This document shows, piece by piece, positions 8,609-27,322 of a DNA stretch of 64,000 bases. The first letter of the stretch is position 1. Every line of letters starts with the position of its first letter. Under the pieces are notes generated by a model. That model searched no databases and had not been told where the DNA came from. It saw only the letters and a list, made by a program, of their open reading frames with translations. Location: positions 96,001 to 160,000 of the IMG/VR virus record IMGVR_UViG_3300034107_000725, one strand, 5' to 3'. The translations under genes and the position numbers were made by a program. Origin of the DNA: a virus.

Positions 8609-9853
8609 ATGCTGCTGAGCCTGTTCACTCCAACGCATAAGCCAACCTACTTACCAGAAGCCTACCATTCGCTAAAGCAGCAGAATCTTAAGGACTGGGA
8701 ATGGGTCATCCTTCCCAACGGCAACAACGTCGTAATCCCTGAAGAGATCCAGCGGGATAAGCGAGTTCGAATTGTCACAGGTGGGGAGCACCTACATAAC
8801 GTAGGGGCTTTAAAGCGAAAAGCCTGTGACGCTGCCAGCGGCGATGCGTTCATCGAATTTGATCATGACGACATGCTGGTACCGGGTGACTCGCTCGACA
8901 TCATCCGAGACAAGTTTATAAAAGGTGCCGGGTTTGTTTATTCCGACACCGCTGTCTTTAGATTCAAGCAGGAAATGGGATCAGACGGACAGCTAAAGGA
9001 CGTACACAGTCCTTACACGTATTCTCAGCAGCACGGCTGGGAAAGCTATCCAATCACAGCCAACGGGCTGGATTTGTTGGCGACCAAGTGTTTTGAAGTG
9101 TCGCCAAGGTCCCTGGCCGAAATTTACTACTGCCCGGACCACGTGAGAAGCTGGTCACGTAAGGCTTACTATGAAGCTGGCGGCCACAATCCAGAACTTT
9201 CGGTTTGTGACGATCATGAGCTCATGATCAAAACGTATTTGACCGGTGCTCCGTTTGTGCACACAGGTGGCTGTCAGTATCTGTACCGCATGTTTGATCA
9301 CAACACGGTCATTATGCGGAACAAGCAGATTCAGGATATCACCCGCACACTGAGGGAAACACATGTACAAGGGTTGATCAAATCCTGGCTTAAACGTAAG
9401 GACTTTGCCGAATTGGATCTGACTACGCTGAGACAGTCCGGCTGGGAGCCCGATCGACATTTGCTTCAAGGTTTTGGAAAAGACCAATATGGTCATATAA
9501 TAGCAGATACCGAACTGCAAAAGTTCACAGGTATTCAGGTCCGGGAATTCATGAATGAAGCCTACGAAGCTCTGGTTCCAGGCGGTTATCTTTCCATCAC
9601 AGTCCCTGAAGTCCATTCTGGTATGGGCTATGGTGATGTAGAGTGGCAGAGCCATTTTAGTGCGGTCAGCATGAATCCATACACTCGTGTGACATCTGCC
9701 CGCAATAATGGTAAAGTAAACTGTCGGTTCCAGCAGATTAACTGCTTGGAGGTATATCCTTCAGAATGGCACCGCGACAATGGGTTTAAGTTCCTGCGAT
9801 TTGAGCTGGCTGCTCTCAAGGGACAAAGACACCCAGGACTTCAACATATTTGA
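8609..9853 (+). CDS. GT2-family glycosyltransferase fused to a degenerate class I methyltransferase-like domain
   Basis: SLFTPTH...WEWVIL..N, EFDHDDML (DxD), CDDHELM are GT-A/GT2 motifs; C-terminal FMNEAYEALVPGGYLSITVP resembles SAM-MTase strands. ATG 8609 preferred because the GTG at 8570 lies inside the hairpin. Confidence 0.8.
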   Translation: MLLSLFTPTHKPTYLPEAYHSLKQQNLKDWEWVILPNGNNVVIPEEIQRDKRVRIVTGGEHLHNVGALKRKACDAASGDAFIEFDHDDMLVPGDSLDIIRDKFIKGAGFVYSDTAVFRFKQEMGSDGQLKDVHSPYTYSQQHGWESYPITANGLDLLATKCFEVSPRSLAEIYYCPDHVRSWSRKAYYEAGGHNPELSVCDDHELMIKTYLTGAPFVHTGGCQYLYRMFDHNTVIMRNKQIQDITRTLRETHVQGLIKSWLKRKDFAELDLTTLRQSGWEPDRHLLQGFGKDQYGHIIADTELQKFTGIQVREFMNEAYEALVPGGYLSITVPEVHSGMGYGDVEWQSHFSAVSMNPYTRVTSARNNGKVNCRFQQINCLEVYPSEWHRDNGFKFLRFELAALKGQRHPGLQHI

Positions 9854-9905
9854 TGACTTCATGCTCGTCTCTCGACTGACAACAACGTACCAAGGATGGA
9901 ACTAA

Positions 9906-18997
<9,092 letters not shown>

Positions 18998-18998
<1 letters not shown>

Positions 18999-20071
18999 TG
19001 ATTGAAACACTCTTACGTCAACGTAGTCCTGCTGCAGGAAATCCCGGCAACCAGTATCTGGCTGTCGGGATGTCTGTAGCTCCATTTATCGCAATCTATA
19101 AGAGAAACGGAGATACATTTACTCGGCTTGCTACGCCTGCGTCTGTTCCCATATATGCCGTTACAGGCGTTGCTTGGAACGGATACGACCATTTAATAAC
19201 GGTACACGCAGCATATCCGTATGCGACAGTGTATAAGGTCAATCGATTTACTGACTCATTTACGAAGCTGCCAGACTTCGTCACCAATCAAGGTTACGCA
19301 GACACAGGAGCCGTTTCAATTACTACGATCTCTGGTACTACATATATGGCTTTTACTTTTTCTCTAGTGCCTTATCTTAAGTCTTTCATTATTTCCGGCG
19401 ATACTTTTGGTCAATGTTCCAATCCGGCTTTGCCGCTCTCGCCTGCTACAGGTAGCAGTGCAGGTAATGACATTAAGTACAATCTTAATTCTGGTTCAGG
19501 TAACTGGTTTGCTGTCGGTACTCAAGGCCGACTTTACATATATCGCACGGCTAATCCGCCGGTACAAGTAACACACAGTATGACGGCTGGCGGTGGTTTT
19601 CAGGGAAGAAACGCGGTGCTTCCAAGCGTAAATGACGACTTTATGATGTACAATGCGGCTAGTACTCTTTATTTGTATACAATAACAGGGGGACCTTCTA
19701 CGCCTACTTTTGGCACTAACACGCCTTCCAGTATTTCCCACGGTGGAACTTGCTTCTCCTTAACACAGGATAGCTACTGGTCATGTTTTATAGCGGCAGG
19801 TTGTGGCTCATCCCCTTTCCTTAAAATTTATGATTGTTATGGCCAGTTTATTAGTCAGTGGACTACATATACACTATCGGCCAATCCGCCTAGTCACGTT
19901 GTGGATTCTTGTTTTACTTACGAATCTGATCCCCTACTTGCCTGTGCCCACGCGGCTTCACCGTATATCTCGTTTTACAGACGAAGTGGAACTTCTTTCA
20001 ATAAACTCTCCGATCCCGCTGTTCTACCTAATGGGGCAGCTACCAGTATTGCGTTGAGTGCCACCTTCTAA
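18998..20071 (+). CDS. Beta-propeller-like fibre-associated protein
   Basis: TGATG overlap with the collagen gene; repeated blade-like units (SVAPFIAIYKRNGDTFTRL, AAYPYATVYKVNRFTDSFTKL, AASPYISFYRRSGTSFNKL); Ser/Thr/Tyr-rich. Confidence 0.55.
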
Positions 20072-20088
20072 CTCTTCAAGGATACTTC

Positions 20089-20619
20089 ATGCGTTACAGT
20101 CGAATCGTCGACGGACTACCCACACCACCCCAGCTGCTTCCAATGTCGTTTGCGGATGTCTCCAACTTCCACACGTTGCCTGACGACACGCTGGCAACGT
20201 ATGGCTGGTATCCCTACACTCACACATGGCCTCCCAGCTATGATAAAGCGACGGAACGGCTGGTACAGAACTTCAGCTTTGACGGGACTACCGTAAATAC
20301 AAGCTGGCAGACAGTTCCGCTCACCCCAGAAGAGTTGGCAGATATCGCCAAGCAGACGATTAAAAGTCTGGGACAAGCAGTCAAAGATCACCTGGATGCT
20401 ACGGTGCAGGCTAGGGATTACGATTCCATCATTAGTGCTTGCACCTACGCCACGTCTTCCGTGGATCACTATCGGGACGACGGGCTGGCCTGTGTAAACT
20501 GGCGAGATGCTGTGTGGTTAGAAGTATATATGATTATGGCTGAGGTTGAAGCCGGGACACGGCCAGTACCCTCAGTTGAATCCCTTATCGCTGAACTTCC
20601 GGAGCTTGTCTGGCCATGA
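20089..20619 (+). CDS. Fibre assembly chaperone-like protein
   Basis: C-terminus HLDATVQARDYDSIISACTYA...WRDAVW...ELPELVWP matches the small proteins commonly encoded after phage tail-fibre genes. Confidence 0.65.
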   Translation: MRYSRIVDGLPTPPQLLPMSFADVSNFHTLPDDTLATYGWYPYTHTWPPSYDKATERLVQNFSFDGTTVNTSWQTVPLTPEELADIAKQTIKSLGQAVKDHLDATVQARDYDSIISACTYATSSVDHYRDDGLACVNWRDAVWLEVYMIMAEVEAGTRPVPSVESLIAELPELVWP

Positions 20620-20843
20620 CATTCGCCAAAGCTGCCCGCAACTTCATCATCCTGATCTCTATAGCTATCGGTTTATTGCTGGTCGATCTTTACTTTTGGT
20701 CGCAAGGTCAGCAAACTTGGTCGGAAGCCATTTGGGGTGTCAACCAACGTACCTTAGGGCTGGCAGTTGGTGTGGGGATAGTCCTCGGCCACTGCTTTAC
20801 AGTTCCACGATCTGGAGGATCTGATGCTAATCAATCAAGCTAG
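20616..20843 (+). CDS. Small two-TM membrane protein (holin-like topology, function unproven)
   Basis: 75 aa; hydrophobic segments FIILISIAIGLLLVDLYFW and LGLAVGVGIVLGHCF; ATGA overlap. Confidence 0.5.
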   Translation: MTFAKAARNFIILISIAIGLLLVDLYFWSQGQQTWSEAIWGVNQRTLGLAVGVGIVLGHCFTVPRSGGSDANQSS

Positions 20844-21063
20844 TCCTTACACACTGAAGCAACTCGACTTCATCATTGCTCAACTGCAAGCAATTCGGGC
20901 AAGTCTGGTTCCAGCCGTCAACCCAGGTGCAGTCATGCCAGTAGGCGTGCCTGCAAACACCAGTGCTGGCTCAGTGATACTGCCGTCTATAGGTGTAACA
21001 AGTGTTGGGAAACTGTTACCTGCAGCTCCTACACTTCCGACTGCACCAAAACCTGTAGTTTAA
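20824..21063 (+). CDS. Hypothetical Pro/Val-rich protein
   Basis: 79 aa, GGAGG RBS at about 20814-20818. Confidence 0.5.
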   Translation: MLINQASPYTLKQLDFIIAQLQAIRASLVPAVNPGAVMPVGVPANTSAGSVILPSIGVTSVGKLLPAAPTLPTAPKPVV

Positions 21064-21074
21064 AATCCGGAATT
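21063..21074. promoter_or_regulatory. AAWTCCGGAWTT palindrome at a gene boundary
   Basis: Overlaps the stop codon of 20824..21063, upstream of the GT4 gene. Confidence 0.5.
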
Positions 21075-21112
21075 AGCCACTCACCTCACGATTCTCTTGT
21101 AGAAGGCATCAC

Positions 21113-22756
21113 ATGTCATTCCGGTTCCACCTGCTTGGGCTGCCGCACACGGTTTCCAGCCCGGAGTATGTCGCTTGTGCTTACACTCAAAAGGTCGTTA
21201 AGTTTGCCAAGATGATGAAGGCCCGTGGCCACCATATCATCCACTACGGACACGAAGACTCTCAGGTAGACTGCCACGAGCACGTCACGGTCACGACCAA
21301 TCGGGATCTGGAAATTGCGTACGGCAACTACGACTGGCGAGCTGGCTTCTTCAAGTTTGATGTCAACGACCACGCCTACCAGACGTTCTACAGAAACGCC
21401 ATCGTTGAGGTCGGCAAGCGAAAGCAGAATCGCGACTTCATCCTGCCGTTCTGGGGTTCCGGTGTTCGACCTGTCTGTGATGCCCACCCAGACATGATCT
21501 GTGTTGAACCGGGCATCGGTTATGCCGGTGGACACTGGGCTCGTTGGAAAGTGTTCGAGAGCTATGCCATCTACCACGCTTACTGTGGAATGCACAACGT
21601 CAGCACCTGTCGTCAGGATTGGTACGACGTGGTTATCCCCAACTACTTCGATGTCGATGACTTTGAGTATTCAGACGAGAAGGACGATTACTTCTTGTAT
21701 CTGGGTCGGGTCTACGACGGCAAAGGCGTGAACATTGCGATCCAGGTCACCGAGAAGATCGGAGCCAAGTTGATCGTGGCAGGCCAGAAGGAAGAAGGCT
21801 ACGCTCTACCACCACACGTTGAGTACGTCGGCTATGCTGACCTACCAACACGTAAGCGACTCATGAGTCGGGCCAAGGGTAGCTTTGTGCCGAGCATGTA
21901 TGTCGAACCATTCGGCGGCGTTCAGGTTGAGAACCTACTCTCCGGTACGCCTACGATCACGACTGACTGGGGAGCTTTTGTGGAAAACAATCCACACGGA
22001 GTTACAGGTTATCGTTGTCGTTCGTTCGAAGACTTCGTCAACGCTGCCCTGAACGTCGACAAGATTAACCCGGCAGACTGTCGTAAGTTCGGCGAACAGT
22101 TCTCACTGGAAAACGTCGCACTCAGGTATGAGAAGTATTTCCAGGACGTCATGAACGTCTACACGGGTCAAGGCTGGTATCAGATTGGCATACCGTGCGA
22201 CTATCCTACGATGGAAACAGAGGAAGGCCCGTTCGCCAAGCGGCTGGCCGAGTATATCTCCAGCCTTTATTTCTACGGCAGGCAATTTCAAGGCACGGTC
22301 GCGGACATTGGCTGCGGTCCGGGCATCTACACACAGGCGATGCGGGAACTGGGGATTGAAGCCACCGGCTATGACACGGATGCTCGGATCAAGGGTAAAC
22401 CAAATCTAGAGCAGATCTCTCTCTTCGATTTAGATACTCCTGCTGACATAGTGCTTTGTCTGGAAGTGGCAGAACATATTCCAGAGGCTGAGGCGGACGG
22501 TGTGGTTGCCAGTATGGTTCGCAACCTGAAATCGGATTCAACAGCTGGGCTCATCATCTGGACAGCTGCTCAACCAGGACAAGGCGGACACGGGCATATC
22601 AACTGCCAACCGCCGGAATACTGGGACGCCAAGTTTGAAGCTCAGGGCATGACGAGGGAAACCTCATTTGAAGACGATCTGCGAACATTTGCTCGCGACG
22701 GATATCACATGGGTTGGTTCGTCAATAACCTGAGGGTTTATCGTCGTGCCGAATAA
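21113..22756 (+). CDS. GT4-family glycosyltransferase fused to a class I SAM-dependent methyltransferase
   Basis: [10 protein letters not shown] and [16 protein letters not shown] (GT-B/GT4); VADIGCGPG (SAM motif I), [21 protein letters not shown]. Confidence 0.9.
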   Translation: MSFRFHLLGLPHTVSSPEYVACAYTQKVVKFAKMMKARGHHIIHYGHEDSQVDCHEHVTVTTNRDLEIAYGNYDWRAGFFKFDVNDHAYQTFYRNAIVEVGKRKQNRDFILPFWGSGVRPVCDAHPDMICVEPGIGYAGGHWARWKVFESYAIYHAYCGMHNVSTCRQDWYDVVIPNYFDVDDFEYSDEKDDYFLYLGRVYDGKGVNIAIQVTEKIGAKLIVAGQKEEGYALPPHVEYVGYADLPTRKRLMSRAKGSFVPSMYVEPFGGVQVENLLSGTPTITTDWGAFVENNPHGVTGYRCRSFEDFVNAALNVDKINPADCRKFGEQFSLENVALRYEKYFQDVMNVYTGQGWYQIGIPCDYPTMETEEGPFAKRLAEYISSLYFYGRQFQGTVADIGCGPGIYTQAMRELGIEATGYDTDARIKGKPNLEQISLFDLDTPADIVLCLEVAEHIPEAEADGVVASMVRNLKSDSTAGLIIWTAAQPGQGGHGHINCQPPEYWDAKFEAQGMTRETSFEDDLRTFARDGYHMGWFVNNLRVYRRAE

Positions 22757-24368
22757 GCTCCAGACTCACACCGTTGAACAACCGGATAGCGATATCACCG
22801 CGTTCATTCTGAGCTGCAACCGACTCGACCTGCTATCACGCACGGTCGAGTCGTTCTTACAGACTCGGGACATGCCAACCAAGATCGTAATCCTGGACGA
22901 CAGCGGTGTGGATGGTGTGTTTGAACTGCTGGTTCAGCGTTACGGACAGATCGCAGATATCGTTTGCTTCCCAGAGAACCGTGGTCTCTGGTGGGCCAAG
23001 GATTTCATGATCTCGTACTGCTTCACCAAGTACATCTTTTACATAGAAGATGACTGGCTGTTCTTGCAGCCCGGTTACCTGATTAGATCTAAAGCGATCC
23101 TTGAAAAGGATCGTACAATCGGTTCGATTGATCTTTCGTGGCGGACGTTTGAAGAAGAGGGCATGGACGCTTACGACCCTGAACTGGTCGACGATGCCTA
23201 CTTCCACAAAAAGCCTTGGCAGATTACCGAAGGACACTTGCACTGGTTCTGCTGGCAGGGCAGTCCGAATCTAAAACGTCGGGAAGACCTGATCCTGCTG
23301 GGCCGGGTTGAGAGCTATTACACCGAGTGGAATATCGATCGCAAGTTCTATGCCCTGGGTCTAAGAGGTGTTTATCTCAAGGACCGGTATGTAACACACC
23401 TGGGCGACTTCGCCAGCTTGATGGTGAACAAACGCCCGAACGAGCAGAACACTCCAGAAATCTTATATCCAGAAGAGCTGAAGGCTAACAGGTTATTCCC
23501 GGCTTTCGACTACTACGGATTAGATCAGGTGGCTTTAGACATTCGCGGAGATGTTCCAAGGCATCGACAAAATAAGCAGGTGCTGGTGACTTGTGTGCTC
23601 GACATCGGGCGAGAAGCCTACGATCGCCGAAGTTTCCTGGATCACTACATCGAAGGTTTGGAACAGCTGATTGAGCTAAACCGACCGCTGGTTATCTTTG
23701 TAGACGATCGGTACTACATAGATGTCTTAAAGCTCACGGGCGGTCGTCCGATAAAGGTCATCTCGGTTGCTCCGGAACTGATCAAGTGGCGACCCATCTA
23801 TCCACGACTAAAGGAAATCTGCGAGTCCAAGCAGTGGGCATCACAATCAGACTGGATGCAGGGAAGCATCATCCAATCCCCTGATTACATAGGATTGACG
23901 CTGCACAAGATGGAACTGTTGATGCACTGCGTCAATCACAGCGTATTCCGTTCTGACTCTTATTACTGGGTTGATGCCGGTATGTGTCGCAGCTACCACG
24001 TGAGCAATCTTCGTGGCTGTGATTTTGACAAGCTGCCAGCGACGCGATTCTTTATGACTACGTTTCCGTATCCCATGCCAGAGTCTGTTCCAGAGATGCA
24101 CGGCTATTCTCGTAACGGATTTCTGGAACTTTGCGGGCGTATTCCAAACACAGTTTGCAGGGCTACCATTTTCGGTGGCACCAAGCAGGCTATCTCTGAC
24201 GTGTATGTGCAGTACAATGAGTTCTTGAAGCAATCACTTGCAGCAGGGTATATCGGAACAGAAGAGGCAATTTTCTCTGGGTTGGCTATCACCCGCCAGG
24301 AACTGTTCAATCTGGTCCCTATGCATACCGGCGACATTCGGAACTATCTCAACACGTTACGCCACTGA
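22746..24368 (+). CDS. GT2-like glycosyltransferase fused to an HtrL/YibB-like domain
   Basis: N-terminal [25 protein letters not shown] (GT-A); C-terminal VTCVLDIGR...YYWVDAG..R pattern recalled from the HtrL/YibB (WlaTC) family. Confidence 0.7.
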   Translation: MPNKLQTHTVEQPDSDITAFILSCNRLDLLSRTVESFLQTRDMPTKIVILDDSGVDGVFELLVQRYGQIADIVCFPENRGLWWAKDFMISYCFTKYIFYIEDDWLFLQPGYLIRSKAILEKDRTIGSIDLSWRTFEEEGMDAYDPELVDDAYFHKKPWQITEGHLHWFCWQGSPNLKRREDLILLGRVESYYTEWNIDRKFYALGLRGVYLKDRYVTHLGDFASLMVNKRPNEQNTPEILYPEELKANRLFPAFDYYGLDQVALDIRGDVPRHRQNKQVLVTCVLDIGREAYDRRSFLDHYIEGLEQLIELNRPLVIFVDDRYYIDVLKLTGGRPIKVISVAPELIKWRPIYPRLKEICESKQWASQSDWMQGSIIQSPDYIGLTLHKMELLMHCVNHSVFRSDSYYWVDAGMCRSYHVSNLRGCDFDKLPATRFFMTTFPYPMPESVPEMHGYSRNGFLELCGRIPNTVCRATIFGGTKQAISDVYVQYNEFLKQSLAAGYIGTEEAIFSGLAITRQELFNLVPMHTGDIRNYLNTLRH

Positions 24369-24395
24369 CACCTTCCCGCTTACGGAGTCATACGG

Positions 24396-25367
24396 ATGTT
24401 ACCGGACGGAACCTCACCGCTCACATTACCTACGGAAACGCTGACCGCAGAACAGCAGAACACCATCCGACCAAAACAGACGGTCATAGACGGTTGTCCT
24501 GTTCTTCCAAAGCTCCAATGTCATGAAGTTCAGATGGGCCAAGACGCTCGACTGATCTGGAACTTTAAGAATCCACAGGGTGAATTCGTGGATTTAACAG
24601 ATGCTTTAAGTTACTCCAGTGCTTCTGGAGCCACATTTGACGCAGTCGGAACACCTGGACAAGGTGTGACGCTTCGTATGCGTGAACTGAGCGGTGCAGA
24701 TTACCGTGACGAGATCTATTCAATCAACGTCACGGTGTTGGATGCAGCTAGCGGTTTGGTACGAGCCGACTCGTTACCCGATGCTATCGTTCGAGCTCCT
24801 GGTGTTTACATGGAAGAGTGGGGTGTGTTTACGTCAGAAGGTCGCATGTTGTTTAGCAACCAGTGCTGCACCTTCGTGCGTCGTGGTTTGTTTGGTGTAG
24901 ACACTGATCCAACCAAGCGAAATCTAGGCCCACCGACACTGGAAGAGATTCGCATGGCACTGAGAGACAACGCCCCGCAAGATAACATGTTGCTCGACGA
25001 AGTGGAGTTTGATGCAGCTGAGATCGCTCAGGCGGTTCTGCGGCCCATTCAGTATTGGAACGAAACCCCACCACCCATCCAACCTATGCTGACAACCAAG
25101 ACGTTTCCATTTCGGGAAATGTGGATGCTTGGGATTCAGTCTTACCTGTTCAGCATGGCCGCCAACCATTACAGACGAAACCAACTTGCTTACTCAGCTG
25201 GTGGCATGTCTGTGGATGATAAGAATAAAGAACAACAGTATCTGGCTGCCGGTAACATGCTACAGCAGCAGTTCCGCGAGATGCTGAGAGCCAAAAAGAT
25301 TGAGATCAACATCAGTCTGTTTTCGGGTAGCTTGGGCTCACCATACGGCAGCATGTTCTATTCCTGA
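24396..25367 (+). CDS. Head-tail adaptor (neck) protein with an N-terminal Ig-like domain
   Basis: C-terminal helical EIRMALRD..P..N.LLD.VEF..AEI..., LAYSAGGMSVDDK typical of adaptor proteins; N-terminal beta-sandwich-like segment; position before stopper, terminator and sheath. Confidence 0.6.
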   Translation: MLPDGTSPLTLPTETLTAEQQNTIRPKQTVIDGCPVLPKLQCHEVQMGQDARLIWNFKNPQGEFVDLTDALSYSSASGATFDAVGTPGQGVTLRMRELSGADYRDEIYSINVTVLDAASGLVRADSLPDAIVRAPGVYMEEWGVFTSEGRMLFSNQCCTFVRRGLFGVDTDPTKRNLGPPTLEEIRMALRDNAPQDNMLLDEVEFDAAEIAQAVLRPIQYWNETPPPIQPMLTTKTFPFREMWMLGIQSYLFSMAANHYRRNQLAYSAGGMSVDDKNKEQQYLAAGNMLQQQFREMLRAKKIEINISLFSGSLGSPYGSMFYS

Positions 25368-25387
25368 GCACAAAAGGAGTCTGGGCC

Positions 25388-26305
25388 ATGCCGGAAGGAA
25401 TGGTAAATTTACCTACCAATATTATCAGCAACGAGAACTTTGCAGTCTCTTGCGAACCTAATCAGTGCGTACCTGACTGTGCCAACGTATTTGAAATGGT
25501 ACACGTCTCGTATCTGATTCGCGGCGGCACGCGTGTTATGTGGACGTTGACTGACTCGTTTAATGATCCAACTCCGTGGTTGTTTCAGCTGCAAGCCAGT
25601 CGAGTGGCAAACCAAAACGCGGACGACTGGGAAAACATCGGGCTGCCTGTAGAGAATTCCTGCTACGCGATTGATGCGACAAAGCAAAACTACGCAAAAG
25701 CCCCACAAGATGCTCACTATCGGATTAAACTGACTACCCCGCAGGCAACGTATTACTCCAATCCTACGGCGGCGGCTGGCATTTTAATGCCCAGAGACTG
25801 GCGACTGGCTCAAGAAATTATACGTAAAGAGCGGATACGTTTCAGATACAGCTCACAGGATGGTTATCTGCTGAAACGTCGAATTACAGGTGCAGACTGT
25901 CCGAGGTGTCTGGACTTACAGACGATGGAAGTTACCGATCCTTACTGCACACAATGTTGGGGCACAGGTAAAGAATGTGGTTACTACTATCCACTGGGCT
26001 GCATCTGGGCCGACTTGTCGCCCGTTACTCGCAAGAAGAACTTGGATGACCAAGGCATGCGAGGTACGGTTCAAGACGTCATAGTTGCCGGACGCATGTT
26101 GATGCTTCCGCTGCTTGACGAAATGGATGTCTGGGTAAGCCGAAAGACAGATGATCGTTACTATATTCAGGCCATCAAGGGTGTGGCGGAAATCCGGGGT
26201 GTCCCGCTTATTGCCACCGTAGAGATGCGGCCAGCACCCTACACGGATGTGATCTACAACATTCCTATTCCGCAACAAGACGCTTGGTTACAACAAACTT
26301 GCTGA
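25388..26305 (+). CDS. Head closure/stopper-type neck protein with a CxxC...CxxC zinc finger
   Basis: KRRITGADCPRC...CTQCWGTG..GYY; beta-rich C-terminus; synteny. Confidence 0.55.
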   Translation: MPEGMVNLPTNIISNENFAVSCEPNQCVPDCANVFEMVHVSYLIRGGTRVMWTLTDSFNDPTPWLFQLQASRVANQNADDWENIGLPVENSCYAIDATKQNYAKAPQDAHYRIKLTTPQATYYSNPTAAAGILMPRDWRLAQEIIRKERIRFRYSSQDGYLLKRRITGADCPRCLDLQTMEVTDPYCTQCWGTGKECGYYYPLGCIWADLSPVTRKKNLDDQGMRGTVQDVIVAGRMLMLPLLDEMDVWVSRKTDDRYYIQAIKGVAEIRGVPLIATVEMRPAPYTDVIYNIPIPQQDAWLQQTC

Positions 26306-26313
26306 GGTAATTG

Positions 26314-26601
26314 ATGCCATACATTCCACGATCCATAGCTCCAAGTGGTATGATTGATCCAGCGACTGTGCCTCGAGCTCCGCGATCTGCAGCTGCTAAG
26401 CCACCCGTGGCTTACGCTGGCGGGGGTAAAGACAATCCAACGACCAAGTCTGACAGTGGCCGCCAAAAGATGGTTAATCGAATCAACATGGTTGACTGGG
26501 ACGTGGAGCCTGTCAAAGTTTACAAACAACTGACTGACAAGGAGCTGGATATCGATGAGCACAGCCGAATGGTGTCCCCCGGCAGGAACTCCGCCCAGTA
26601 A
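26314..26601 (+). CDS. Hypothetical protein
   Basis: 95 aa from ATG 26314 (GAGG upstream); overlaps the next gene. Confidence 0.45.
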   Translation: MPYIPRSIAPSGMIDPATVPRAPRSAAAKPPVAYAGGGKDNPTTKSDSGRQKMVNRINMVDWDVEPVKVYKQLTDKELDIDEHSRMVSPGRNSAQ

Positions 26602-27289
26602 AGATGCTTGCAAACCTCAAAGCACAATCGATGTTGATTATCTGTGCGACAACGGTTGGCAACCGTTACTCATCACAGGGTTCCTCCGCGACTTGTTGAT
26701 TCGCCAGTGGGCGAATCCTCAGAACATCATAAGTCCTGAGATGAAACAATACGTATGGAGCGAGCAAGCGTCTTCCGGTATATTAATTGAAAGCGTGTAT
26801 CGTTATCGTGCAGACCTCGTCGAGAAGCGTCCAGCGATCATGATTAAACGTAACTCGTATCGGAACATGCAAACCGGGTTTGCCGGTCAGTCGATAGGAG
26901 CGGGCATTGCGGCATATCCAAACGAAAAGGGTGCGATCAGCCGCCACTCGACCCTGATGATAGGGTCGCACACTCTTTTCTGCATCCACGCAACGGGTGC
27001 TTCAGCAGAGATACTCGCGTCGGAAGTTGTCACTCACCTGATTGGCTGCTTATATCCGATTCGCATGCATCTCGGACTGAGACAATTCTCAGTAACAGAA
27101 GTCGGTGCGATCCAAGAGCTTGAAGAGTCTCGGGAGCACTATGTGGTTCCAGTCACTGTCGGATGGGGTTACGAACACGTCTGGGAGTTGAAGCTGGAAT
27201 CACTTCCACTGCAAGCTGTTTCACTTACAGGGCTGCTTGGTCCGGACGCAAATGATGTTGCTCTGGGCACAAGCTATCAAGGCCCGTGA
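26555..27289 (+). CDS. Tail terminator/completion protein (probable)
   Basis: KRPAIMIKR, HTLFCIHATGASAEILASEV pattern; directly upstream of the sheath gene. Confidence 0.55.
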   Translation: MSTAEWCPPAGTPPSKDACKPQSTIDVDYLCDNGWQPLLITGFLRDLLIRQWANPQNIISPEMKQYVWSEQASSGILIESVYRYRADLVEKRPAIMIKRNSYRNMQTGFAGQSIGAGIAAYPNEKGAISRHSTLMIGSHTLFCIHATGASAEILASEVVTHLIGCLYPIRMHLGLRQFSVTEVGAIQELEESREHYVVPVTVGWGYEHVWELKLESLPLQAVSLTGLLGPDANDVALGTSYQGP

Positions 27290-27322
27290 TTTCCGAGTAT
27301 CTAGGCTATGGAGGCCTGACAC

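Noticed and set aside
20616-20843. Definite holin call
   Set aside because: Two TM helices fit, but there is no adjacent endolysin and no recognisable family motif, so it is kept as a membrane protein.
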